Source: Tannockella kyphosi | Lineage (GTDB): Bacteria; Bacillota_I; Bacilli_A; Erysipelotrichales; Coprobacillaceae | Assembly (NCBI RefSeq): GCF_021054785.1 | Contig: NZ_CP088239.1 | Span: forward strand, 1,920,001 to 1,952,000 | Length of the DNA stretch: 32,000 nt | Direction: 5' to 3' | Part shown: piece by piece, positions 19,154-28,089 of the stretch | Position numbering within the stretch: the first letter of the stretch is position 1 | Layout: the number at the start of each line of letters is the position of its first letter | Notes under the pieces: model-generated | What the model saw: only the letters and a program-made list of their open reading frames with translations | Database searches by the model: none | Told to the model about the DNA's origin: nothing | Made by a program: the position numbers and the translations under genes

Positions 19154-19184
19154 ACAAAAAAAAGGATATCCAAAGATATCCCTT
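19154..19184 (-). terminator. Rho-independent terminator after glnN
   Basis: On the minus strand: AAGGAUAUC UUUG GAUAUCCUU followed by U8. Confidence 0.85.
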
Positions 19185-19192
19185 ATATTCAA

Positions 19193-21271
19193 TTAAACAC
19201 CAAATAATAAATCAACGTAAGTTGGTACTGGCCAATAGTCAGCTCCCACTACTTCTTCAATAGCATCTACAGTTGAACGTAATTCTTGTAATCCACCGAA
19301 TACATCATCTTTCCAAGCTGCAGCTTGTGCCATCATATCTTCTTCCATTGCTTCACATCCACTAATGTTAGATTCTAATGTCGCCATTTGTTCTTTCATT
19401 GTTTTAATTAAACAAGCTAAACCATCCACATCTTCTTTTAAGAAGTCTGCATCGATTTCTGCTTCTTTTGCAACTACATAAGAAGTACTAATTGATTCTA
19501 AATATTTTATTGCAGCAGGATATAATTGAGTTTTAGCCATTTTTAGACCAGTTAATCCTTCTACACGAATTGTTTTTGAATAATTTTCTAATAAGATTTC
19601 TAAACGAGATTCTAATTCTACTGCACTATATACACCTAAACCATCTAATAAGTCGATGTTTTTAGCTTCTTCTAAACATTTTAAAGCATCAACTGTATTT
19701 TTGTTGTTAGCTAAACCACGTTTTGTAGCTTCTTCTTCCCATTCTTTTGAATAACCATCTCCATTAAAGATAATACGTTTATGTTCCGTAATAAATTCTT
19801 TTACTACTTCTGCTAATGTTTTACCACCTTCAATTCTATCAGCCATTTCATTCATTGAATCAGCTAAGATAGCATTTAAGATTGTATTTGGACCAGCAAC
19901 AGATTGAGCAGATCCTACCGCTCTAAACTCAAATTTGTTTCCAGTGAAAGCAAATGGAGAAGTTCTATTACGATCTGTATTGTCTTTTGCAAATGTTGGT
20001 ACTACTGCAACACCAGTTTCAAAACGAGTATCACCACCACTTACCATCGCATCACCACTACAAACAGATTCAACTAATGCATCTAATTGAGAACCTAAGA
20101 ACATTGAAACGATAGCTGGTGGGGCTTCATTTGCACCTAAACGGTGATCATTTCCAGCACTAGCAATTGACATACGTAATAAATCAGCATATTTATCAAC
20201 CGCTCTAATAGTACAAGCTAATGTAGCTACGAAAGGCATATTTTCGCTTGGGTTACTACCTGGGTTAAATAAGTTAATTCCTGTATTTGTAATAACAGAC
20301 CAGTTATCATGTTTCCCTGAACCATTAACACCTGCAAATGGTTTTTCATGTAATAAACAACGTAAACCATGTTTTTTAGCAATGTCTTGCATTACTTGCA
20401 TTAATAAGTGATTATTATCTGTTGTAATATTTACTTTTGAATATACACAAGCAACTTCATGTTGTGCAGGAGCAACTTCATTATGTTTTGTTTTTGAAGG
20501 AATTCCATATTTCCATAATTCTCTATCTAATTCATCCATGAATGCACCAACTTTACGTTTAATGCTTCCAAAATAATGATCTTCTAACTCTTGACCTTTT
20601 GGTGCCATAGCTCCAAATAAAGTTCTACCAGTTAATTTTAAGTCCATTCTTTCTTGGAAGAATTTATCATCTACTAAGAAATATTCTTGTTCTGCACCTA
20701 CAGATGCAGTTACTTTTGTAACACCATCAGCTCCAGTGAAAGGCATTAAACGAACTGCTGCTTTTGATAAAGCATCACATGAACGTAATAAAGGAGTCTT
20801 TTTATCTAATGCTTCTCCTGTGTATGAACAGAATAATGTTGGAATATATAAAGAACCGTCTTTTACGAATGCTGGTGAAGTACAATCCCATGCTGTATAT
20901 CCACGAGCTTCGAATGTAGCACGTAATCCCCCTGATGGGAATGATGATGCATCTGGTTCTCCTTTTCTTAATGTTTTACCACTAAATTCTAAAATAGCTT
21001 TTTCTCCTGATGGTTCTAAAAACGCATCATGTTTTTCAGCTGTTAAACCAGTCATTGGCATAAACCAGTGAGTAAAATGAGTAGCACCATGTTCTACAGC
21101 CCATACTTTCATCGCATTTGCAACAACAGTTGCTGTTTCTTTTGATAATTCTTCCCCATTATCTAAAGCTTCATGGAATGCTTTATATGTTGATTTAGGA
21201 ATACGTTCTTTCATAACCTCATCACCAAATGTCAAACATCCATATTGATCCATTAAGTCTTTTAATTCCAT
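19193..21271 (-). CDS. glnN: Glutamine synthetase type III
   Basis: About 692 aa. Length and sequence character are of the GSIII family: N-terminal ...GATHFTHWFMPMTG..., a central catalytic domain, and a long C-terminal extension. I place the start at ATG 21271 (MELKDL...), which is preceded by GGAGGG. Confidence 0.9.
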   Translation of the reverse strand: MELKDLMDQYGCLTFGDEVMKERIPKSTYKAFHEALDNGEELSKETATVVANAMKVWAVEHGATHFTHWFMPMTGLTAEKHDAFLEPSGEKAILEFSGKTLRKGEPDASSFPSGGLRATFEARGYTAWDCTSPAFVKDGSLYIPTLFCSYTGEALDKKTPLLRSCDALSKAAVRLMPFTGADGVTKVTASVGAEQEYFLVDDKFFQERMDLKLTGRTLFGAMAPKGQELEDHYFGSIKRKVGAFMDELDRELWKYGIPSKTKHNEVAPAQHEVACVYSKVNITTDNNHLLMQVMQDIAKKHGLRCLLHEKPFAGVNGSGKHDNWSVITNTGINLFNPGSNPSENMPFVATLACTIRAVDKYADLLRMSIASAGNDHRLGANEAPPAIVSMFLGSQLDALVESVCSGDAMVSGGDTRFETGVAVVPTFAKDNTDRNRTSPFAFTGNKFEFRAVGSAQSVAGPNTILNAILADSMNEMADRIEGGKTLAEVVKEFITEHKRIIFNGDGYSKEWEEEATKRGLANNKNTVDALKCLEEAKNIDLLDGLGVYSAVELESRLEILLENYSKTIRVEGLTGLKMAKTQLYPAAIKYLESISTSYVVAKEAEIDADFLKEDVDGLACLIKTMKEQMATLESNISGCEAMEEDMMAQAAAWKDDVFGGLQELRSTVDAIEEVVGADYWPVPTYVDLLFGV

Positions 21272-21305
21272 ATAATTACCCTCCGTTTTTAGTTTTCTTG
21301 ACGCT

Positions 21306-21334
21306 ATTATACAATTATGGTATTCGCTTGTCAA
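21306..21334 (-). promoter_or_regulatory. Consensus sigma-A promoter of glnN
   Basis: On the minus strand: TTGACA (21334-21329), exactly 17 nt, then TATAAT (21311-21306). Both hexamers are perfect. Confidence 0.7.
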
Positions 21335-21379
21335 TCCTAAAATAATATTTTTTTATCATAATAACACTAAATTATTAAC

Positions 21380-21405
21380 ATAAAGAAAAGCACCAACCGG
21401 TGCTT
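21380..21405 (-). terminator. Rho-independent terminator after the CaCA antiporter gene
   Basis: On the minus strand: AAGCACC GGUU GGUGCUU followed by UUCUUUAU. The hairpin overlaps the stop codon. Confidence 0.7.
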
Positions 21406-22342
21406 ATAAAAGACTTACAAAATAGGCAACATATGTTAACAACATAATTATTGCTCCAGACTTTCTTAACTTTAATTCTGAATTAATACAAACAAAGAAT
21501 AATATTAATGCTCCAATAGCAACTAAACCATCTACAATAAAACTACTTTCAAAAGTAATAGCAGTTGGTGACACTAAAGCTGTCGTTCCTAACACAAATA
21601 AAATATTAAAAATATTACTTCCTATAATATTACCAATCGTAATATCTGTTTTCCCTTTTAGTGCAGCCATTGCAGAAGTAATCAATTCTGGCAATGAAGT
21701 ACCAAAAGCAACAATAGTTAAACCTATTAAACGCTCACTAACACCTAACGTAGTTGCAATAGCAGTAGCACTATCAATTGTTAAATCACTACCCACCACA
21801 ATAGCAACAATACCCCCTATTGCAAAAATAATTAACTTAGGGAACGTATCCTTTTCATCCAATTCTTCTATTTCATCAACAGAACCTTCTCCACTTTTTA
21901 CTAAACGATATAAATAATACATAAAGCCTAAAAAGATAACCCATAATATAACACCATCCATAAAGTCAATACTGTTACCTAACTTACCTAACACTACCAA
22001 CACCAAAGTAATAACCATCACAAAAGGAATTTCATAACGATATGTATTTTTCTTTAACCCTAAAGGCGCTAGAATCCCTGCAATCCCTAAAATTAATAAA
22101 ATATTCATAATATTACTTCCAATAACATTACCAACAGCTAAATCAACACTACCAGCCATGGCACTTGTAATACTAATTGCAGCTTCTGGAGCACTTGTTC
22201 CAAATGCTACAATCGTTAAACCAATTACTATTTGTGGAATATGAAACTTAGCAGCAATCTTAGATGCTCCTTCAACAAACTTATCTGCTCCTTTTATTAA
22301 AATAAAGAAACCTACTAGTAAAAACAATACCTCTTTTAACAT
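21404..22342 (-). CDS. Calcium/sodium (CaCA, YrbG-type) antiporter
   Basis: 312 aa with about 10 TM segments. Both alpha-repeat signatures are present (AFGTSAPE and AFGTSLPE). Confidence 0.85.
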   Translation of the reverse strand: MLKEVLFLLVGFFILIKGADKFVEGASKIAAKFHIPQIVIGLTIVAFGTSAPEAAISITSAMAGSVDLAVGNVIGSNIMNILLILGIAGILAPLGLKKNTYRYEIPFVMVITLVLVVLGKLGNSIDFMDGVILWVIFLGFMYYLYRLVKSGEGSVDEIEELDEKDTFPKLIIFAIGGIVAIVVGSDLTIDSATAIATTLGVSERLIGLTIVAFGTSLPELITSAMAALKGKTDITIGNIIGSNIFNILFVLGTTALVSPTAITFESSFIVDGLVAIGALILFFVCINSELKLRKSGAIIMLLTYVAYFVSLL

Positions 22343-22343
22343 A

Positions 22344-23156
22344 CTATTCTCCTATCAACCCAAAATGTTTCATTGCTTTTGTAACACCTTGGTTTTCTAC
22401 TCTATCCGTAATATAATCACTAACATCCTTTGCTGCTTGGCAACCATTCCCCATTGCAATACCCACATTCACATAATCTAACATTTCTAAATCATTCGAT
22501 CCATCACCTAGTGCTACCGTATCTTCTTGATGACGACCGATTGCTTCCACTAGTTTTTGAATCCCTATTGCTTTTGATTGTCCTTTTAATGTTAAATCAA
22601 AAGAAAGTTCTCCATATCCTATTCTAGTATGATGTTGTTGAACATCAAAGTATGGCGATAATACTTCTTTCATTCTTTCTGCCTGTTCTATCTTTACAAC
22701 AATCATCGCTAAATAAACTTCAATATCTTCTAATACAAACTTATCTTTTACTACTTCATCACGCATTCCCCAATCATCACGGAATTTTCTATGAACTGGA
22801 TGAGTTTGATCTAATACATAAATAAAATCATTTCCTTCTAAATAATAAGTCATATCAAATTCTCTAGCTAATGTATCAATTGCTTTTAATGCTTCTAATG
22901 GTAATACACTTTTATATACTTCTTTATTTTGATAAGTAACATATGCCCCATTACATGTTACTAACCCACTAAAATCATAATCTTTTACCCCTGGTGTAAT
23001 AAAGCAAGGACATCTACCTGTTGCTAAAAAAACATCATGATTATTTTGTTTTAATTGGTCTAATGTTTGACGAACTTCATCAGGAATACGAAAGATTCCT
23101 ATATTACAGTCTATTAATGTTCCATCAACATCAAAGAAAACCATTTTTTCTTTCAT
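22344..23156 (-). CDS. Cof-type HAD-IIB family hydrolase
   Basis: FFDVDGTLID motif I and GDGSNDLEM motif. It lies 1 nt upstream of the antiporter gene, so the two are probably an operon. Confidence 0.85.
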   Translation of the reverse strand: MKEKMVFFDVDGTLIDCNIGIFRIPDEVRQTLDQLKQNNHDVFLATGRCPCFITPGVKDYDFSGLVTCNGAYVTYQNKEVYKSVLPLEALKAIDTLAREFDMTYYLEGNDFIYVLDQTHPVHRKFRDDWGMRDEVVKDKFVLEDIEVYLAMIVVKIEQAERMKEVLSPYFDVQQHHTRIGYGELSFDLTLKGQSKAIGIQKLVEAIGRHQEDTVALGDGSNDLEMLDYVNVGIAMGNGCQAAKDVSDYITDRVENQGVTKAMKHFGLIGE

Positions 23157-23181
23157 TTATTAATCTCCTTTACGTGAATTG

Positions 23182-23205
23182 AAAAAAAGAATGCTAAGCA
23201 TTCTT
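23182..23205 (-). terminator. Rho-independent terminator after nusG
   Basis: On the minus strand: AAGAAUGC UUA GCAUUCUU followed by U7. The hairpin overlaps the nusG stop. Confidence 0.8.
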
Positions 23206-23755
23206 ATATCATTTTTTCTAGTTGAACTAATTCAACTTCCATTGGTGTTAAGTTACCTAAGAAATCTACTAATACTTTTGCAATTTCTTTTTCCATGTCA
23301 ATTGATTCAACACGACCAGATTTTCCTACAAAAGGCCCTTGAATAATATTCACTTCATCACCAACAGTAAAGTCTAAATCTACTGCTGTTTTTAATCCCA
23401 TTTTCTTTAAAATTGGATCAAGTTCATGTTTTTGAAGTGGGAATGGTTTCGCTCCCCCACCAGAAGAACCAATAAATCCAGTTACTCCTGAAGTATTACG
23501 AACTACATACCATGCTTCATCTGTCATAATCATTTCAACTAAAACATATCCTGGGAACATGTTTTTTGTTTTATTAATCTTTTTACCATCTTTAATCTCA
23601 GTTTCTACATGTTCAGGAATTAAGATTTGAAATAATAAATCTTGTAATCCCATTGATTCCACACGTTTCTCTAAGTTTTCTTTTACTTTGTTTTCATGAC
23701 CAGAGTATGTATTAACAACATACCACTGTCTTCCTTCATCATTCATTCCTGCCAT
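23204..23755 (-). CDS. nusG: Transcription termination/antitermination factor NusG
   Basis: NGN domain (WYVVNTYSGHENKV) and C-terminal KOW motif (GDEVNIIQGPFVGKSGRV). It occupies the conserved position after secE. Confidence 0.95.
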   Translation of the reverse strand: MAGMNDEGRQWYVVNTYSGHENKVKENLEKRVESMGLQDLLFQILIPEHVETEIKDGKKINKTKNMFPGYVLVEMIMTDEAWYVVRNTSGVTGFIGSSGGGAKPFPLQKHELDPILKKMGLKTAVDLDFTVGDEVNIIQGPFVGKSGRVESIDMEKEIAKVLVDFLGNLTPMEVELVQLEKMI

Positions 23756-23756
23756 A

Positions 23757-23945
23757 TTAGTTAGTCCCCAATGCTTTTAAAATCAATGCAATGATTGCGT
23801 CACCTGCATAAAAGAATAATGCCATAACAAAACAGAATACTAAAACTGTAAAAGAATTTTTAACTAATTCTTTTTTTGATAACCAGCTAACTTGTTTTGC
23901 TTCACTTTTAATTGCTTTAATACTAAACCACTCTTTAAATTTCAT
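23757..23945 (-). CDS. secE: Preprotein translocase subunit SecE
   Basis: 62 aa with a single C-terminal TM helix. It sits at the conserved position between rpmG and nusG. Confidence 0.85.
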   Translation of the reverse strand: MKFKEWFSIKAIKSEAKQVSWLSKKELVKNSFTVLVFCFVMALFFYAGDAIIALILKALGTN

Positions 23946-23953
23946 AGAACCTC

Positions 23954-24103
23954 CTACTTTGTTTCCTTATGTACTGTATGTTTATCGCATTTTTTACAAT
24001 ACTTTTTTAACTCTAATCTTTCAACATTAACACGTTTGTTTTTTGTCATAGAATAATTTCTAGATAAACATTCGCTACATACTAAAATTATTTTTTGTTT
24101 CAT
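23954..24103 (-). CDS. rpmG: 50S ribosomal protein L33
   Basis: [23 protein letters not shown]...[16 protein letters not shown] has the CxxC...CxxC zinc-ribbon form of L33. I place the start at ATG 24103 (49 aa); the track's 12 extra residues are unlikely to be real. Confidence 0.9.
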   Translation of the reverse strand: MKQKIILVCSECLSRNYSMTKNKRVNVERLELKKYCKKCDKHTVHKETK

Positions 24104-24154
24104 TTTTATCAACTCTTTCTCGCTATTATAATCTAGCACAAATTAGAAGTAGAG

Positions 24155-24757
24155 TCAATTAGATTTGCAATAACCTAACTTTTTTTGTAGGCGATACATT
24201 GCATTATAAACCACTTTTACATCTACATCCAAATATCTAGCAATTTCCCATTGCATATACCCTTCTAATTTCCAGGCAATAACTTGTTGTTCTAATGGTG
24301 AACATTGTTCTAATATTTGTTGATTATAGTAGGTAGTTTCTTCTTTTACAATTAATTGTACACTAGGTTGATAGGTTTGTTTTTGATCTTCTACAATAGC
24401 CTCATTACTATAACCATACAAACTAATTTCATCTAAAGCAATCGCTCCATCATAAAATCGTTCTTTTTCTAGATACTGTTTTCTAGTTGTACTATAAACT
24501 TGATTTTTTATTACTTTTGCTAAATAAGTCTTCAACATACAATTTAAATCCACTCGATATTGATACATTGCTTTATTACATAATACCCAACTATTTTGAC
24601 AAACATCTAAATACTCATTATGATCTCTCATATAAATATGTAATGATAAAACAATTCTTTCGACATAACAATATGTCCAATCACATAACATCTTTTCTGC
24701 AACCAAACATCCTTGTCGACACAAATACAATAGCTCCTCCTCATTGTAACAATCCAT
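24155..24757 (-). CDS. sigH: Sigma-70 family sigma factor, SigH-like by position and weak similarity
   Basis: 200 aa. Region 4 HTH (SPLEQQVIAWKLEGYMQWEIARYLDVDVKVVYNAMYRLQKKL) and a region 2-like segment. It lies between rlmB and rpmG, as sigH does in Bacillus. RBS GAGGAGG lies upstream. The N-terminal half is divergent and Cys-rich. Confidence 0.65.
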   Translation of the reverse strand: MDCYNEEELLYLCRQGCLVAEKMLCDWTYCYVERIVLSLHIYMRDHNEYLDVCQNSWVLCNKAMYQYRVDLNCMLKTYLAKVIKNQVYSTTRKQYLEKERFYDGAIALDEISLYGYSNEAIVEDQKQTYQPSVQLIVKEETTYYNQQILEQCSPLEQQVIAWKLEGYMQWEIARYLDVDVKVVYNAMYRLQKKLGYCKSN

Positions 24758-24772
24758 GTTACCTCCTCTCTG

Positions 24773-25495
24773 CTATAGAGGGTGACGAGATTGATGTACT
24801 TGATATAAAAGTACTGCAGTAGCAACTGAAACATTTAATGATGTAACATGCCCAGTCATTGGAATAATAACATGTAAATCACATGTCTTACTCACTAGTC
24901 TTGAAATTCCTTCTCCTTCAGAACCCATTACTAAGGCTACTGGCATATTATAATCTACTTGACGATAATCTTGTGCTTTGTCGCTTAAATCGCAACCAAC
25001 TACCCAGTATCCTTTCTCTTTTAACGATTCTAATGTTTTTGTTAAATTAGTAACACTTGCTACTTTTACATGATCAATAGCTCCTGTTGATACTTTGGCA
25101 ACTGTCCCATTTAATTTTACGCTACGATGCTTACCGATAATAACACCATCTACCCCTATTGCATCCGCACTTCTTAAAATAGCACCTAAATTATGTGGGT
25201 CTTGTAAACCATCTAATATTAATAATGTTGGTTGTTTCCCGGCTGGAATATCCTTCAGTATTTCTTCCACCTCAAAATACTTATACTCTTCAATACACGC
25301 AAGAATCCCTTGATGAACTACCTTACCAACTGCTTGAAAACAAAATTGTTTATCAACCATTTCTACCGGTATATTTTTCTTGCGAGCAAGCTCGATTATT
25401 CCACTGTCTTTTTGTAACAAGCATACCTTATGTATCCCTTTGTCACCCTTTAATGCTTCCATTACTGTATTTCTTCCATATATATATTGTTCCAT
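24773..25495 (-). CDS. rlmB: 23S rRNA (guanosine-2'-O-)-methyltransferase RlmB (SpoU/TrmH family)
   Basis: N-terminal substrate-binding domain (IYGRNTVMEAL) and SpoU motifs (DPHNLGAILRSA, GSEGEGIS, SLNVSVA). I place the start at ATG 25495, preceded by AGGTGA. The track starts at an upstream GTG that lies inside that RBS. Confidence 0.85.
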   Translation of the reverse strand: MEQYIYGRNTVMEALKGDKGIHKVCLLQKDSGIIELARKKNIPVEMVDKQFCFQAVGKVVHQGILACIEEYKYFEVEEILKDIPAGKQPTLLILDGLQDPHNLGAILRSADAIGVDGVIIGKHRSVKLNGTVAKVSTGAIDHVKVASVTNLTKTLESLKEKGYWVVGCDLSDKAQDYRQVDYNMPVALVMGSEGEGISRLVSKTCDLHVIIPMTGHVTSLNVSVATAVLLYQVHQSRHPL

Positions 25496-25540
25496 AAATT
25501 TCACCTTTTTTCGTCTCGTTTATATCCTACATTTCTCCCA

Positions 25541-25930
25541 TTACTGTTCTTTGTTTTTTTCAAAGAAAGCTAAATACTGTTGAAATATCTCATCAATACG
25601 ATCCATTTCTTCTAATAAATAATAATGCCCTATAATTGCTTCGAAACCTGTTGAATAACTATGTGCTACTGTTTCATTTTTCGTTCCACTTTTTGTATTA
25701 CGTCCACGTTTATAAATATCTTCCTCTTCTTTGCTAAACCATGACTCTTTTAATGCTACCTTCATAAATTCCATTTGACCCTTTGCACTTACTAACAATA
25801 CTGCAGCTTTTTGATAATCGTTTGGTTTTGCAATATCGGTATGACGAATCAAATGATCTCTAACTAATAGCTCTAAATAAGCATCCCCTAAATATGCCAA
25901 TACTAAGGCATTTGTTAACTCTGGTCGCAT
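25541..25930 (-). CDS. mrnC: Mini-ribonuclease III
   Basis: 129 aa. LAYLGDAYLEL RNase III-like signature. It follows cysS with a TAATG overlap, as in the Bacillus cysS-mrnC-rlmB arrangement. Confidence 0.85.
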   Translation of the reverse strand: MRPELTNALVLAYLGDAYLELLVRDHLIRHTDIAKPNDYQKAAVLLVSAKGQMEFMKVALKESWFSKEEEDIYKRGRNTKSGTKNETVAHSYSTGFEAIIGHYYLLEEMDRIDEIFQQYLAFFEKNKEQ

Positions 25931-27267
25931 TATAATATCCCTTTTTCTATTAATACTGCACGATATTGATCGGCAGATTCGAAGTCCTTTTGTTTTTTTG
26001 CTTCATTCCAATTTTGATAAGTTTTACTATCTTCTTCACTTAACATTGGCGTAATAAACATAAACCCTAAAACATCTACCATTTTCATTAGTGTTTCAAA
26101 AGCTTCACTAATCGCTATTCCATCTTTTTCTCTTTGACGAAGTAATTGATTTAAGACTTTTACTTGTTCAAGAATAGCTGTTAATGCTAATGAAGTATTT
26201 AAGTCATCTTCTAAACAAGCTACCATACTATCTACTGTTTCTTTTTTAAATGATTGTTTTGTTACATTTTCTACTTGTAAATAGACTGTTGCTTGTTTTA
26301 AAACATTTTCTACTTTCTCTACTTCTTTTTTTACTGTTTCTAATACTTCATCTGTAAAGTTTAAAGGATTACGGTAATGAGAAGATAACATTAACCATTT
26401 ATATACATTACATCCTAAATCTGCTACTAAATCTTTTGCCCAAAGGACATTTCCTTTTGATTTCGACATTTTTTCATTATTAATATTAATCATTTGATTA
26501 TGCATCCATGTATGTGCAATTGGATGATGATGGCAAGCCATTGATTGAGCAATCTCATTTTCATGATGTGGGAACTTTAAATCTTGCCCTCCTCCATGAA
26601 TATCAATCTTTCCATCTTCAAATATATCATTAATCATAACCACACATTCACTATGCCAACCAGGACGTCCTTTTGACCAAGGACTATCAAAACGAATTCC
26701 TTCTTCTGTTTTTTTCCATAAAGCAAAATCAACACTTGCTTCTTTTTTATCATTATCTTCCACACGATCACTAGCCCCAGCCATTAAGTCTTCTACCTTA
26801 ATCCCTGACAATTGACCATATTCTTTTATTTTAGTAACTCTAAAATAAACATCTCCATCCACACAATAAGCAAATCCATCTTCTACTAAACCTTCAATAA
26901 AAGCAATAATTTGATCCATTGTTTCTGTTACTCTTGGTGCATATGTTGGAAATAATAAATTTAATTGACTACGAACATCTTCATAAGCCTTGATATATTT
27001 ATCTGTTAGTTCTTTTTCACTTATTCCTTCTTTCATAGCAGCTTGAATTATTTTATCATCTACATCTGTAAAATTAGATGCAAAAGTTACATCATAACCT
27101 GTATATTCAAACATACGACGTAATACATCAAAAACAATCATTGGTCTTGTATTGCCAATATGTACATAGTTATATACAGTTGGTCCACAAACATAAATAC
27201 TTACTTCATTTTCTTTCATTGGTACAAATTCTTCTTTTTTATTTGTCAATGTATTAAATAGTTTCAT
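25930..27267 (-). CDS. cysS: Cysteine--tRNA ligase
   Basis: HIGN motif (YVHIGNTRP), KMSKS motif (EKMSKSKGN) and class I synthetase architecture. I place the start at ATG 27267 (MKLFNTLT...), matching the usual CysS N-terminus and preceded by GGAG. Confidence 0.95.
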   Translation of the reverse strand: MKLFNTLTNKKEEFVPMKENEVSIYVCGPTVYNYVHIGNTRPMIVFDVLRRMFEYTGYDVTFASNFTDVDDKIIQAAMKEGISEKELTDKYIKAYEDVRSQLNLLFPTYAPRVTETMDQIIAFIEGLVEDGFAYCVDGDVYFRVTKIKEYGQLSGIKVEDLMAGASDRVEDNDKKEASVDFALWKKTEEGIRFDSPWSKGRPGWHSECVVMINDIFEDGKIDIHGGGQDLKFPHHENEIAQSMACHHHPIAHTWMHNQMININNEKMSKSKGNVLWAKDLVADLGCNVYKWLMLSSHYRNPLNFTDEVLETVKKEVEKVENVLKQATVYLQVENVTKQSFKKETVDSMVACLEDDLNTSLALTAILEQVKVLNQLLRQREKDGIAISEAFETLMKMVDVLGFMFITPMLSEEDSKTYQNWNEAKKQKDFESADQYRAVLIEKGIL

Positions 27268-27284
27268 CTTTCTACTCTCCATTT

Positions 27285-28085
27285 CTATTTAAATAAACTG
27301 TTATAATCAATCATTGTGTAGATATAATCTTTATATCTCGCTAACACTTCTCGTACTTCTCTTGTTGTTTGTCCATCATATACAACATCTTGACAAGCTA
27401 CTCCATAAGCATCTATATCTAATTCTAAGGCAATATACATTGCTCGATATAAATGATAAACTTGCGTTACAATAACAACACTCTCATATTCATCTTTTAA
27501 CTGATAAATGCTATCATAGGTAGAAAAACCGTAATAATCTTCTACAATAAGAGAACTATCTACTCCTTGATTTAACAAGTAGTTTTTCATAGAAGCAACC
27601 TCATCATAATATTCATCACTACTGTATCCACTAACTATAATAGGAATCGAAGGATTCGATTCATATATTTCTATTGCTGTATCTAAACGATCTTGTAACA
27701 TCGATGAAGGTGTTCCATCACTATAAACACTTGCCCCTAACACCACAATACAATCTATTGATTCATCAACATCACTTACTTCCATTATATAATTCTTTGT
27801 AGAAGATATCACAATCTTATTAGTTCCTACTAATAATCCAACTACCAAGAGTATTTGAATAATAAGAATCATTGGTAATCCAATTCGAAAAGATAAATGC
27901 TTTGTTTTATGTCGAAATAATTGCATCCCTGCAATTGCTCCTACACTCCCTCCAAGAATCGCAACCAAGAACAATGTTTTTTCTGGTATTCGATACTTAT
28001 GTCTTATTGCTTTTTGTTTATCTATAAAAAATAAAAACAAAGCAATCACTTGTATCCCTATTAAATAATACAAAATATATTTCAT
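27285..28085 (-). CDS. Fusion membrane protein: N-terminal DUF1294-like domain plus C-terminal SanA/YdcF (DUF218)-like domain
   Basis: The N-terminal segment ...DKQKAIRHKYRIPEKTLFLVAILGGSVGAIAGMQLFRHKTKH... is DUF1294-like. After a TM segment comes ...CIVVLGASVYSDGTPSSMLQDRLDTAIEIY...IIVSG..., which is DUF218/SanA-like. I place the start at ATG 28085, preceded by GAGGAG. Confidence 0.7.
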   Translation of the reverse strand: MKYILYYLIGIQVIALFLFFIDKQKAIRHKYRIPEKTLFLVAILGGSVGAIAGMQLFRHKTKHLSFRIGLPMILIIQILLVVGLLVGTNKIVISSTKNYIMEVSDVDESIDCIVVLGASVYSDGTPSSMLQDRLDTAIEIYESNPSIPIIVSGYSSDEYYDEVASMKNYLLNQGVDSSLIVEDYYGFSTYDSIYQLKDEYESVVIVTQVYHLYRAMYIALELDIDAYGVACQDVVYDGQTTREVREVLARYKDYIYTMIDYNSLFK

Positions 28086-28089
28086 ACAA

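Noticed and set aside
9269-21334. N-terminal extensions in the ORF track for the ABC-F gene (9269), GH1 (12290), HAD (19173), glnN (21334), adhE (18106), rpmG (24139), rlmB (25504), cysS (27282), SanA-like (28115), XRE (30492) and GntR (6318).
   Set aside because: In each case an internal ATG is preceded by a good Shine-Dalgarno sequence at 5-9 nt and gives the family-typical N-terminus. The longest-ORF start lacks an RBS or runs into promoter or neighbouring-gene sequence.
21340-21380. A possible GlnR/TnrA box (TGTNA-N7-TNACA) upstream of glnN. On the minus strand, TGTTAATAATTTAGTGT lies upstream of the -35.
   Set aside because: Only the first half-site matches. The second half (AGTGT) does not fit TNACA. 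No glutamine riboswitch-like structure was seen in the short leader either.
18960-25583. Track ORFs 18960-19196(+), 20736-21071(+), 22430-22627(+), 24487-24822(+), 24628-24834(-), 25095-25313(+), 25195-25497(+), 25232-25417(+) and 25380-25583(+).
   Set aside because: All overlap well-supported minus-strand genes (HAD, glnN, HAD, sigH-like, rlmB). None has an RBS or motifs. Several overlap one another in different frames, which is typical of noise.
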